NCBI GenBank assembly: GCA_965214605.1
Contig: OZ243961.1
Location: 2,720,001-2,784,000, forward strand
Direction: 5' to 3'
From: an uncultured Candidatus Binatia bacterium
Lineage (GTDB): Bacteria > Desulfobacterota > Binatia > Bin18
Length of the DNA: 64,000 nt
The position numbers and the translations under genes are program-made. Positions 42,923-52,288 of the stretch are shown here, piece after piece; positions within the stretch are counted from its first letter, which is position 1, and each line of letters begins with the position of its first letter. The notes under the pieces were generated by a model. It saw nothing but the letters and a program-made list of their open reading frames with translations, had not been told where the DNA came from and did not search any database.

Positions 42923-43450
42923 ATGCCTGAGTTTGCCTTTTCTGCCTATGTCAAGGTTGATGAGAACCGCTATCGGGAACGCTATGGTCTTGATTTTGAG
43001 GACTTCGAACCGGGTCAGGTGTTTCAACATCGGCCGGGCATCACCATCTCCCAGCAGGATAATGTGGAGGAGACGGTCGATACCCTCAATCAGGCCATGC
43101 TGCACTTTGACGCCGACTATGCGTCCCGGACCGAGTGGCAGAAGCCGCTGGGGGTCAGCACGCTAACGCTGCAACGGCTGATGGGGCTGACATGGAAGAC
43201 GTTTAATAAAAAAATGCGGATCTGGCGCTGGTCAGAAATCAAGATGACCGCTCCGGTGTTCGGCGGTGATACGCTGTACGCCGAGAGTGAAATCAAAGAA
43301 AAAGCCGACGCCGCAGACAACGCGGACTGTGGTCAGTTGACCGTTGTGACGCGGGGTATCAATCAGGACGGCAAGCTCGTGTGCACGATGGAGTACGCCG
43401 TGCTGATGTATAAACGTGACAGCATTCCGTTTGACAAGGTCGGCTACTAA
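42923..43450 (+). CDS. MaoC-family (hot-dog) acyl-CoA hydratase
   Basis: GLDFEDFEPGQVFQHRPGITI, NQAMLHFD, PVFGGDTLYAESEI. Confidence 0.88.
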   Translation: MPEFAFSAYVKVDENRYRERYGLDFEDFEPGQVFQHRPGITISQQDNVEETVDTLNQAMLHFDADYASRTEWQKPLGVSTLTLQRLMGLTWKTFNKKMRIWRWSEIKMTAPVFGGDTLYAESEIKEKADAADNADCGQLTVVTRGINQDGKLVCTMEYAVLMYKRDSIPFDKVGY

Positions 43451-43475
43451 TCGTGCGATACCCAGGATAGGCACT

Positions 43476-43997
43476 ATGACGACGTTTTACTCGCACCGAA
43501 AAGTGGCCGAGAACACCTATATCGAAGTGGCCGGGATCGAGTTTGAGGACTTTGCCGAGGGACAGATTTTTGAGCATCGTCCGGGCCGAACCTTTACCGC
43601 TGAAGAAAGCCGGCTACACGCAATCCGCTCGCTAGATCTGTCCATGCGTCATGTTGATGCGGTCTATAACGAGAAGATCTATGGCGGGCAAGAGATTGTT
43701 AGCGAGCCTTTCCTCATCAGTGTGGTGACCGCGCTGACGACCAAGACGTTTGGCAAAGTAGTGGCCAATCTGGGCTGGACCAACATTCAGTGCCCGGTTT
43801 CGGTTCGCGCCGGGGATACGATTTATGCCGAATCCGAGATCCTCGGGAAACGGGAATCTCGCTCCCGTCCCCAGCAGGGTGTTATGCACGTCAAAACGCG
43901 GGCTCTGAACCAAGACGGGGAAGAAGTGTGCTCGTTTGAGCGGCGGTTTTTGCTCTACAAGCGCGGTCAGGGGCCGTATGAGACGGCGGGCTATTAA
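43476..43997 (+). CDS. MaoC-family acyl-CoA hydratase (paralogue)
   Basis: FEDFAEGQIFEHRPGRT, VANLGW, GDTIYAESEILGKRESRSRP. Confidence 0.88.
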   Translation: MTTFYSHRKVAENTYIEVAGIEFEDFAEGQIFEHRPGRTFTAEESRLHAIRSLDLSMRHVDAVYNEKIYGGQEIVSEPFLISVVTALTTKTFGKVVANLGWTNIQCPVSVRAGDTIYAESEILGKRESRSRPQQGVMHVKTRALNQDGEEVCSFERRFLLYKRGQGPYETAGY

Positions 43998-44941
43998 GCC
44001 GCGAACACGCCGTGGCTGACCTTGTTAAAATAGGTCATATCAGGATTTGTCATCGACTCCCCGACCTTGGAGTCAAGCCGCCGCTTCACGACCTGCGTGG
44101 CCCAGCGGCCGATTTCGACAATTTTGTCGAGATGCACGCCGGTCTCAATACCGAGACCGTTTAGCATATAGATCAACTCTTCAGATGACAGATTGCCGCT
44201 GGCACCGGGTGCGTTCGGACAACCGCCCAAGCCGCCACAGGCACTCTCTAGCACGCTGACTCCCATCTCCATGGCCGCATAACAGTTGGCCAGAGCCATG
44301 CCGCAGGTGTTGTGAAAATGGGCGGTCAGGACGGAGACCGGGACTCCTTCGTCAATACACGCCTGGATAATGGCTTGAATCGACTTTGGCGTCCCCACCC
44401 CGATGCTGTCCCCGAGCCCAATCTCACAGCAGCCCATGTGATAGAAGCGGGCAACGAGTTTCCCCACTGTGGCGGCGTCGACTTCCCCCTCATACGGACA
44501 CCCGGCCACGCACGAGACCGCTCCCCTCAGACCAATCCCGTGTTTCTTTGCCGCAGCGGCAACCGGCTCAAAGCGGGCAAAACTCTCTTCGATCGTGCAG
44601 TTAATATTGGCTTTGCTAAACCCTTCGGTCGCACTTCCAAAAATTGTGATATACCTGACCTTTGCCTTCAGGGCATCCTGAAAGCCGCGCATATTGGGAA
44701 CGAGGACGCTATATTCAACCCCAGGTTTTTGTGTGATCTGAGCCGCAACCTGATCGGTCAGCTGCATGGCCGGAATCACCCGGGGGCTGACAAACTCGCC
44801 GATTTCAATCGAAGGAAGTCCAGCATCGGTCAGACGATCAATCAACTCAACCCGGAAATCAACAGGGATAAGATATGGAAAGCCCTCAAGCCCATCACGG
44901 GCGGTGAGATCAACAATTTTGACTGCGCTCGGCAATGCCAT
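43994..44941 (-). CDS. Hydroxymethylglutaryl-CoA lyase-like (DRE-TIM) enzyme
   Basis: ARDGLE, FVSP, LVPN, GCPYEG, LGDSIGVG, HFHNT, GLGGCPNAPGASGN. Confidence 0.88.
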   Translation of the reverse strand: MALPSAVKIVDLTARDGLEGFPYLIPVDFRVELIDRLTDAGLPSIEIGEFVSPRVIPAMQLTDQVAAQITQKPGVEYSVLVPNMRGFQDALKAKVRYITIFGSATEGFSKANINCTIEESFARFEPVAAAAKKHGIGLRGAVSCVAGCPYEGEVDAATVGKLVARFYHMGCCEIGLGDSIGVGTPKSIQAIIQACIDEGVPVSVLTAHFHNTCGMALANCYAAMEMGVSVLESACGGLGGCPNAPGASGNLSSEELIYMLNGLGIETGVHLDKIVEIGRWATQVVKRRLDSKVGESMTNPDMTYFNKVSHGVFAA

Positions 44942-45038
44942 AGGAGTGTCGCTCCCTCTCCGGAAAATGCAAACGGCCCAGCGGAGTCTATCAAGCTTGT
45001 CAGGGACGTGCAAGCGGCCGCGTCAGGAGGCAAGACCA

Positions 45039-45608
45039 ATGAAAGCAGCACTCCCGTCTATCAATACCGCTCGGCTGCGGCTGCGTCCGTGTCGGCAGGA
45101 CGATATCGACGTATTGCACCACATATGGATCGATCCCGGGGTCCGCAAATATGTGTGGGACGATCAGCTCATTGGTCGCCAACAGGCGGCTGAGGTGGTC
45201 GAGGTGAGCCTGGTGCAGTTTCAGCAGCAAGGACATGGCTTGTGGGTGATGAGGTGCGGTCGAGACGAGACGTGTATTGGCTTTTGCGGCTTTTGGCTGT
45301 TCCATCAACCCGCCCAACTGGAGTTGCTGTACGGCCTTGTTCCGCACTACTGGAACAGAGGGCTGGCCACCGAAGCGGCCCGGGCCCTGCTGCGGTTTGG
45401 CTTTGAAGAGCATGGCTTTACGGCAATCACTGCCAGTACGGATGTCCCCAATACGGCCTCAGTCCGAGTGATGGAAAAGATCGGAATGCGCTTCTCCAAA
45501 CGCGAATTGAGCAACGGTCTGGAGACGCTTTATTACACCATCTCGCGCCAAACCTTCTGTTGGAGCGGAGAGCCGTATCAGCTTGAGTGGAGACGCGAAA
45601 AAATCTGA
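45039..45608 (+). CDS. GNAT (RimJ/RimL) N-acetyltransferase
   Basis: TARLRLRP, IGFCG, WNRGLATEAA, NTASVRVMEKIGM; SD AGGAGG. Confidence 0.9.
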   Translation: MKAALPSINTARLRLRPCRQDDIDVLHHIWIDPGVRKYVWDDQLIGRQQAAEVVEVSLVQFQQQGHGLWVMRCGRDETCIGFCGFWLFHQPAQLELLYGLVPHYWNRGLATEAARALLRFGFEEHGFTAITASTDVPNTASVRVMEKIGMRFSKRELSNGLETLYYTISRQTFCWSGEPYQLEWRREKI

Positions 45609-46730
45609 ACGTGCTGGCCTAGGTCAAAGTGGAACAGATCGGTCAGAATCGCCTCCACGACCTTGAGTTCGGCCTGAAAGTCAAGTCCTGCACTTTGGAG
45701 CGTGGACAGCCGCCCGGCCCCGTACCAGGCTCCAAGCAGGGTACCGAGAAACGAGGCCAGCGTGTCGGTCTGGCCACAGCTATGGGCGATGGTGCGCAGA
45801 GCGACGGCCGGATCGTCGGGCGCGTAGGCAATCGTCGCCGTGATGTGGGCTAGGGCACGGTACGGATCGTGCGTTCCTCCCAGAAAGGCGTGGGTGAGAA
45901 AGGGTGGGGTCGGTGGATCGAAGACCTGCTGTTTAAAGGCGGCATTGAGGGTTCCCTCTGTCTCGCCGCGCAGCCCGGTGCCGAGCCGTGCCATCGCTTC
46001 CAGCAGCCTGCGTAGGGCTGTGGCGTGCCTCCTGCTGAGATGCGGCCAGCTCATCCAACACGGCGTGGCCGTGGCCGAAGAACCAGTCGCCAAAAGAGTC
46101 CGTCTGCGCGGGTTCATTGACCGCCAGCGATACCAGTGTGGCCAGAAAGGCGGTGACATCTTTGGCATAGCCCTGGTCCAGACATGCCTGCTGTCGGTAT
46201 AGAGCAAAGGTTTCAAGTGGAGTCGTGCCGTGTCGGACGGCGGCCATTTCCAGATACAGGAAGAGGCCAAAAACCCCCGGAATTCCTGGACTGAACAAAC
46301 CTTCACTACGATTTTCTTCTTGCGCTTGGAACATATCTAGCCAGGACTTGAGATGATCTCGACAGGCGAACGAATACCACTCGGGATACAGAGGCTCATG
46401 CCGGAGCGCAGCCATGAAGTCTCGCAAAGACGCTTCGCTAAACGGCCGTTTGTCCACTGCGTGAGCAATCGCCGCTAGCCAGGGGTGGAGGATACACAGG
46501 CGATAGCAGGTTTCGTGGGTCGGCATACCGATCGTCTTGGTATGCACAATCGCCGGCAGCCAGGTTCCCCAGGCTTCGCCCCACTCGGGCATGTCACGGG
46601 CAGTCAAAGTTTTGGGTAGCGGGTCTGGAGTCGGCGTTTCCTGGCCTTTCTGGGCGGCGCCAAACGCATCGCCATAGGCTCCAAGCAGGAGCATGCCTCT
46701 GATTTTGTCATCAAATGTGCCTGGGTTCAT
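45578..46730 (-). pseudogene. ADP-ribosylglycohydrolase family protein split by a frameshift near 46030
   Basis: N-part DKIRGMLLLGAYGDAFG; C-part in another frame GQTDTLASFLGTLLGAWYG. Confidence 0.7.
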
Positions 46731-46793
46731 GTCTCTTCTCTTGCAGACGGCTTGGGTGCTCTTTAGCACGTGGGCTGGGTCGCCAAAACTCAA

Positions 46794-46824
46794 ACGCCCC
46801 GAAGTCGTGGCCGCTTCGGGGCGT
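46794..46824 (-). terminator. Intrinsic terminator after tRNA-fMet
   Basis: ACGCCCCGAAG/CTTCGGGGCGT 11 bp stem, followed on the - strand by TTGAGTTTT. Confidence 0.65.
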
Positions 46825-46829
46825 CAAAC

Positions 46830-46906
<77 letters not shown>

Positions 46907-46974
46907 TCAAGAAAAGAAAACAACACAAGAACCGTGCTGCTCGCCCTTATGCATATCGACTGTGCCGGGCGAAG

Positions 46975-47859
46975 TCAAGACCGGGAGCCGGAGAGAAGAC
47001 CGACGGCTCGTTTGAGGGACTGGACCTCGACCGGGGCGAGCGGACGATAGGCGCCTGGGACGAGGTCGCTAAGCAGGAGCGGACCAAACCGGACCCGAAT
47101 CAGTTTTTCGACCGGATAGCCGATGGCGTCGCACATCTGTCGAACTTCGTGGCGGCGTCCTTGGTGTAAGGTGAGCTCAATCCAGGTTTTCCGCTCGCTG
47201 CGCCGGATGGTATGGATCTCGACCGGTCCACTCAGTCTGCCGTCGGCCAGAGGCACGCCGTTCTTTAACCTGGTGAGTATGCGTGGTGAACACTTGCCCG
47301 TCAGCTTGACGTGGTAGGTCCGGGGAATCTGGTAGCGCGGATGAAGCAGGCGAGCGGTCAGTTCTCCGTCATTGGTCAACAATAACAGCCCGGCTGAGTG
47401 ATAGTCGAGCCGACCGACCGGAAAGACGCGCTCACGTACCTTGCCTAGCAGCTCACGAACTGTTGTGCGTCTCTCTGGATCGGCCAGCGTACTGACCACG
47501 CCGGTCGGTTTGTTGAGGAGAAAGTACAGCCAGGACAAGTCGAACGACACGGCCTGGCCGTCGACGACGATGGTGTCATGTTTTGGATCCGCCGTCGTTC
47601 CCAGCCGGGTGATCGTCTGGCCGTTGACCTGGACCTTGCCGGCTTGGATCAGCGTCTCCGCTTTTCGCCGTGAACTCACCCCGGCTTGACTCAACAGCTT
47701 GTGCAGGCGCTGCGCTCGCGCGGGGCGCGTCGGCTGGAGTGGCTGGTCCGCTTGGGAGACCGGGGCATTGTGGGCGGTCCGGTGTGGCTTCCTGGCCGTT
47801 TGCTCTGCGGTGTGGCGCGTCTTCGACTGCCCCCTTGGGGCTCGGGATATCTTGGGCAT
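46975..47859 (-). CDS. rluB: Pseudouridine synthase RluB (RsuA family)
   Basis: S4 domain RLHKLLSQAGVSSRRKAE, LNKPTG, PVGRLDY, LLLTNDG; start codon uncertain. Confidence 0.9.
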   Translation of the reverse strand: MPKISRAPRGQSKTRHTAEQTARKPHRTAHNAPVSQADQPLQPTRPARAQRLHKLLSQAGVSSRRKAETLIQAGKVQVNGQTITRLGTTADPKHDTIVVDGQAVSFDLSWLYFLLNKPTGVVSTLADPERRTTVRELLGKVRERVFPVGRLDYHSAGLLLLTNDGELTARLLHPRYQIPRTYHVKLTGKCSPRILTRLKNGVPLADGRLSGPVEIHTIRRSERKTWIELTLHQGRRHEVRQMCDAIGYPVEKLIRVRFGPLLLSDLVPGAYRPLAPVEVQSLKRAVGLLSGSRS

Positions 47860-48460
47860 GTGGCTCTCCGCCGTTGGCGATGGTACTCGCGACGTCTCCC
47901 CCGCGCACGCTGTCGAAGGCCTGGTCGGCTAAGGAGTTGAGGCTTGGTTCGTGGATGTCGGGTAGCGGCGGTAAATCGTTGAGGTCGCTCAGACCAAAAA
48001 GTTCCAAAAACTGGGAAGTTGTCCCGTACACCCAGGGCCGACCGGGCACATCTTTGCGGCCCATTTCACGAATCAGCTTTTTGGTGAGCAGTGAGTGCAG
48101 GACGCCGTCGATCGTCACTCCACGCACCGCCTCGATATCCAGCTTGGTGATGGGCTGACGGTAGGCAATAATGGCCAGGGTCTCCAAGGCCGCCCGACTC
48201 AGTCTCCCGGGTTTTTCTTGCAGCAGAACCTTGACGTATTCCGCGTTATCCGGCGTGGTGCGAAACTGGTAGCCACCGGCCACCTCGGCAAAGAGAATAC
48301 CGCGGCCTGCATCTTGGTATTCGCGGCGCAGGAGCGCTATGGCTGGTTTGACTTCTGCTGGTGTCACACCAATGACTTCTGACAGTCGGCGGAGAGAGAT
48401 CGGGTTGCCAGCGGCAAAGATCAGGCTTTCGGCGATCGGTTTGAGCTCGGTGGGGTCCAT
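47576..48460 (-). CDS. scpB: SMC-Scp complex subunit ScpB with long disordered C-tail overlapping rluB
   Basis: VAGGYQFRT, LSRAALETLAIIAYRQPIT, PGRPWVYGTT..FLELFGL. Confidence 0.93.
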   Translation of the reverse strand: MDPTELKPIAESLIFAAGNPISLRRLSEVIGVTPAEVKPAIALLRREYQDAGRGILFAEVAGGYQFRTTPDNAEYVKVLLQEKPGRLSRAALETLAIIAYRQPITKLDIEAVRGVTIDGVLHSLLTKKLIREMGRKDVPGRPWVYGTTSQFLELFGLSDLNDLPPLPDIHEPSLNSLADQAFDSVRGGDVASTIANGGEPHAQDIPSPKGAVEDAPHRRANGQEATPDRPQCPGLPSGPATPADAPRASAAPAQAVESSRGEFTAKSGDADPSRQGPGQRPDDHPAGNDGGSKT

Positions 48461-48474
48461 AGCGGCATTGCGGC

Positions 48475-49218
48475 TTAGAGTTGCTCTAGGCCGTGCGGGA
48501 GCGGGGTGTCCGGACTGACGGCTAAGCTTAGGAGAATAGGACCAAAGGGATCCCTTTGGTGCACATCGATCATGCGACTCCTGACCAACTCTAAGCTGGC
48601 CAAGAAGGTCACTGCAATCTGTAACCGGGTCGTGTCGGCCGAGAATAATTCGGTGAAGGTGATGCGGCTGCGTTCCCGGAGGAGATCAAGGACTAATCCC
48701 ACCCGCTCGCGCAAGGAGATCTGCTCAAGGGCGATCTCGTATACCAGCTTGGGCTCGGCCTTTTTCAGCAGGTCCTGGAAGGCGTCGAGCAAGTCCCATA
48801 GACCGACATCGTGCACGTGCTCAGTCCGTTCTTCATTGGGCAGCGGCGGGCGGCTAAAGACATCCCGTCCTAGCAGCGGCTTACGGCTGAGCGTTTCTGC
48901 GGCTTCCTTAAAGCGCTGATATTCCAGCAGTTGCCGGGCCAGCTCGGCCCGCGGGTCGGGGCCGAGCTCCTCCACTCCATCCGCCTCCTGTGCGGGCAGC
49001 AACAGGCGCGACTTGAGGTGGAGCAGAGTAGCGGCCATGACGAGATATTCTCCGGCCAGGTCAAGATCGAGCTGTTGCAGGAGGTCCAGATAGTCGAGGT
49101 ATTGATCGGTGATGCTGGCAATCGGAATGTCCGAGAGGGAGACCTCGTTCTTTTTGACCAAGTGCAGGAGGAGGTCGAGGGGTCCCTCAAAGACATCGAG
49201 CCTGACACGGTATGCCAT
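48475..49218 (-). CDS. scpA: Segregation and condensation protein ScpA
   Basis: FEGPLDLLLHL, EYLVMAATLLHLKSRLLLP, VTFLASLEL. Confidence 0.95.
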   Translation of the reverse strand: MAYRVRLDVFEGPLDLLLHLVKKNEVSLSDIPIASITDQYLDYLDLLQQLDLDLAGEYLVMAATLLHLKSRLLLPAQEADGVEELGPDPRAELARQLLEYQRFKEAAETLSRKPLLGRDVFSRPPLPNEERTEHVHDVGLWDLLDAFQDLLKKAEPKLVYEIALEQISLRERVGLVLDLLRERSRITFTELFSADTTRLQIAVTFLASLELVRSRMIDVHQRDPFGPILLSLAVSPDTPLPHGLEQL

Positions 49219-49235
49219 CGTTTGTTGTTGCGATG

Positions 49236-49886
49236 CTACAGCAGAGCGTTTAAGAGAAAGATGGTGACCGGACGAATGATATCTCCTAGGACTCCGGTCA
49301 CGAGCAGGCCGATAATGATGAACATCCCGTAGGGCTCAAGCCGCGCTAGGGGGAAAGCCAAGCCCTGGGGCAACAGGCCAACGGCCACCCGTCCGCCGTC
49401 TAGGGGAGGTACGGGGAAGAGGTTGAAGACCGCCAAGGCAACATTGATAATAATACTGGCTGTGAGCATGGCCGCCACCAGACCCATGGCCGCCGGTTGA
49501 GACAGGGGGAGATCGGACGGCGGCTGACCTGCATGGAAGTGTTGAAGAAGAAAGGCTGAAATCAGAGCTAAGAACAGATTCATAGCCGGGCCGGCCGCCG
49601 CAACATAGACCATATCCCGACGTGGATTGTGGAGATTGGCAAAGTTGACCGGGACGGGTTTAGCGTAGCCGAACAGGAAGGGCGAGCCTGTCACAATCAG
49701 TAGCAGCGGGAGTAAGACGGTGCCGAACAGATCGACATGGACAAGTGGGTTGAGGCTGAGCCGTCCGAGCCGGGCTGCGGTTGAATCCCCTAGTCGGTAG
49801 GCCGTATAGCCGTGGGCCAACTCGTGCAGGACGACCGCCACCAGCACTGGAACTGACCAAAAGGCGATTTTTATCGCAAGCTCCAT
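49236..49886 (-). CDS. Site-2 protease (M50 family)
   Basis: HELAH zinc motif, AAGPAMN, FNLFPVPPLDGG. Confidence 0.92.
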   Translation of the reverse strand: MELAIKIAFWSVPVLVAVVLHELAHGYTAYRLGDSTAARLGRLSLNPLVHVDLFGTVLLPLLLIVTGSPFLFGYAKPVPVNFANLHNPRRDMVYVAAAGPAMNLFLALISAFLLQHFHAGQPPSDLPLSQPAAMGLVAAMLTASIIINVALAVFNLFPVPPLDGGRVAVGLLPQGLAFPLARLEPYGMFIIIGLLVTGVLGDIIRPVTIFLLNALL

Positions 49887-49893
49887 GCCCCAC

Positions 49894-49922
49894 AGTGTAT
49901 AGCTTGACGGTTGGAGAGACAA
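49894..49922 (-). promoter_or_regulatory. sigma70-like promoter of S2P-scpAB-rluB (possibly leaderless)
   Basis: On the - strand TTGTCT-17-TACACT, then 7 nt, then ATG. Confidence 0.5.
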
Positions 49923-50125
49923 GAGACTGGAGGCGGCAGAAAGGGGGCCCCTGATGACCACTTGTCAACAAGAGCGCATCATTCACCTGTCACCAGAGGG
50001 AAGCGTCCAGCCTGCCTGGCTCAGGGGAGTGTGTAGACGGGAGCCAGAGAGCCCAAGCCGTGTCACCTCCGAATGAGACCGCCGCTGAAAGATATCGGTG
50101 CTCTCCTCCTAATGAGGAGAATCAG

Positions 50126-52288
50126 TCATCGAATGATCTCTCTTACATCCGCTTGGCCGTGCTTCTCAGAGCTTGGGATATCGGGCAGGATCTGGCCGGT
50201 TCGGGTGAACTCGTACAGCCGTTCCTGAGAGCGAATTGGGGGAGTGGTCGCTCTGCGCAGGTAGTGCGAGCGACCGTCGGCCAAGACTTCCCGGGCCTTG
50301 GTTGAGTCGGCTAGCTGAATGTCCAAAATATGCCCGAGTTGGGTTTGGAGCTTGGGATCAAGCACGGGAAAGGCAACCTCGACCCGGTAGTCAAGGTTGC
50401 GTGGCATCCAGTCGGCGGAGGCTAAAAAGTACTCCGGATCGCCGGCGTTCTGAAAATAGAAGATACGGGCGTGCTCCAGAAAGCGGTCAATAATAGAAAT
50501 CACACGGATATTGTCCGACACGCCCGCAAGACCGGGTCGTAAGCAGCAGATGCCGCGGACAATGAGATCGATCTGCACTCCGGCCTGGCTGGCGGCGTAG
50601 AGTTCTTCGATGAGGGTTTTGTCAACCAAACTGTTGAGCTTGGCAATGAGTCGAGCCGGGCGGTTGGCTTGGGCGTGCTCGATTTCACGCCGGATACGGG
50701 CGATCATGCCGTCTCTCAGCTGGGTCGGGGCAACCAAGAGATGATGAAAGTCCTGGGGCTCGGTATAGCCAGTCAACATATTGAACAGCTGGGTCAGATC
50801 TTCCCCAAATGATTCCTCACAGGTGAACAGCCCTAGGTCACCGTAGATAGTACTGGTTTTGACATTGTAGTTGCCGGTCGCCAGGTGGCAGTAACGACGA
50901 ATTCCGTCCGCCTCTTGACGGACGACTAAGCAGGCTTTGCAGTGGGTCTTGTAGCCGACCAAGCCGTACACTACATGCGCGCCGACCTCTTCCAAGGCCC
51001 GTGCCCAGGAAATATTGGCCTCTTCGTCAAAGCGAGCGCGCAGCTCAACCAAGACCGCGACTTCCTTGCCGGCTTCGGCAGCCTTGGTCAGCGCCTGTGC
51101 GATCGGCGAGCTGGGGCTCACCCGGTAGAGGGTCATTTTAATGGCCAGGACTTTAGGATCACGGGTGGCTTCTTCGACAAAATTAGTGACCGCGTCAAAG
51201 GACTGATAGGGGTGGTGGACCAAAATGTCATTGTCTTGGATCGCCTGCCAGATGCTCGTCGTGCGCTCAAACGCCGGAACCGACAGCTGCGGCAGGGGCC
51301 GATCTTTGAGCTGCGGCAGGTCGACTGCGGCGTAGAGCTGGAACAGATCGGTAAAAGCGGTGAAGCCCTTACTGGCGTATAAGTCGGACGGTTGCAGGTC
51401 AAGCTCGTCCACCAATAGAGACAAAATGTTGGTCGGCAGATCCGTGTCGTGCTGGAGCCGCACGGCGGTGCCCATGCGTCGCTCACGCATAGCCTCCTCA
51501 ATGCTGGTCAGTATATCTTCTAAGCGATCCTCGGGCAGCTCAAAGTCGGCGTCACGGGTTACGCGCACCGCATGACAGGACAAAATCTCATAGCCCCGGT
51601 ACAGGCGTGGTAAGTAGTGTTGCAAAACGTCTTCGAGCAAAATAAAGGCGTACTGGCCGGACTCGGTGGGCAGAGAGATAAAACGCGGCACCACATGACT
51701 CGGAATATGGACCATGGCCAGGGGGGTACGCGGCAGATGCGACCGGCTCAGCGACCGCAGCCCGGCTACTAGGTACAGCGAGCGATTGGCCAAATGCGGG
51801 AAGGGGTGGCCGGGGTCGATTGCTAGGGGAGTGAGGACCGGAAAGAGGGTTTTGCGAAAAAAGTTTTCAAGAAAGCGTTCCTGCTCGACGTCTAAGGCCG
51901 GCGGCGTGACAAACTGCACCCCCGCCTCGGCGAGTTGGGGGTGGATGGTGTCTAAAAAGCAGCGGTGTTGCTCATCGACGAGTTCATGAATCCGAGCCGA
52001 GATGGCTGCTAGTACCTGACTCGGCGTCAGTCCGTCCGGGCCAACTCGAAAGTTCCCCTCGCTAATCTGTCGCTTGACACCGGCGACGCGGACCATGAAG
52101 AATTCGTCCAGATTTGAGCTGAAGATGGACAGGAACTTGATCCGTTCCAACAAGGGGACACTCTCGTCCTGGGCTTCTTCCAGGACCCGTTTATTGAACT
52201 CTAGCCAAGACAGCTCTCGGTTGATAAAAGGGAGTTCTCCGGTCGGGGATGCCGGGGGTGTCGAAAGTTTCTCGCATGAGGATGCCAT
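50126..52288 (-). CDS. ppk1: Polyphosphate kinase 1
   Basis: NRELSWLEFN, HHPYQSF, ELRARFDE, KTHCK, RFLEHAR, SADWMPRN; SD GGAGGAG. Confidence 0.96.
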   Translation of the reverse strand: MASSCEKLSTPPASPTGELPFINRELSWLEFNKRVLEEAQDESVPLLERIKFLSIFSSNLDEFFMVRVAGVKRQISEGNFRVGPDGLTPSQVLAAISARIHELVDEQHRCFLDTIHPQLAEAGVQFVTPPALDVEQERFLENFFRKTLFPVLTPLAIDPGHPFPHLANRSLYLVAGLRSLSRSHLPRTPLAMVHIPSHVVPRFISLPTESGQYAFILLEDVLQHYLPRLYRGYEILSCHAVRVTRDADFELPEDRLEDILTSIEEAMRERRMGTAVRLQHDTDLPTNILSLLVDELDLQPSDLYASKGFTAFTDLFQLYAAVDLPQLKDRPLPQLSVPAFERTTSIWQAIQDNDILVHHPYQSFDAVTNFVEEATRDPKVLAIKMTLYRVSPSSPIAQALTKAAEAGKEVAVLVELRARFDEEANISWARALEEVGAHVVYGLVGYKTHCKACLVVRQEADGIRRYCHLATGNYNVKTSTIYGDLGLFTCEESFGEDLTQLFNMLTGYTEPQDFHHLLVAPTQLRDGMIARIRREIEHAQANRPARLIAKLNSLVDKTLIEELYAASQAGVQIDLIVRGICCLRPGLAGVSDNIRVISIIDRFLEHARIFYFQNAGDPEYFLASADWMPRNLDYRVEVAFPVLDPKLQTQLGHILDIQLADSTKAREVLADGRSHYLRRATTPPIRSQERLYEFTRTGQILPDIPSSEKHGQADVREIIR

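Noticed and set aside
44312-45193. 293 aa + strand ORF
   Set aside because: Antisense to the HMG-CoA-lyase-like gene and out of frame over the GNAT gene; no motifs.
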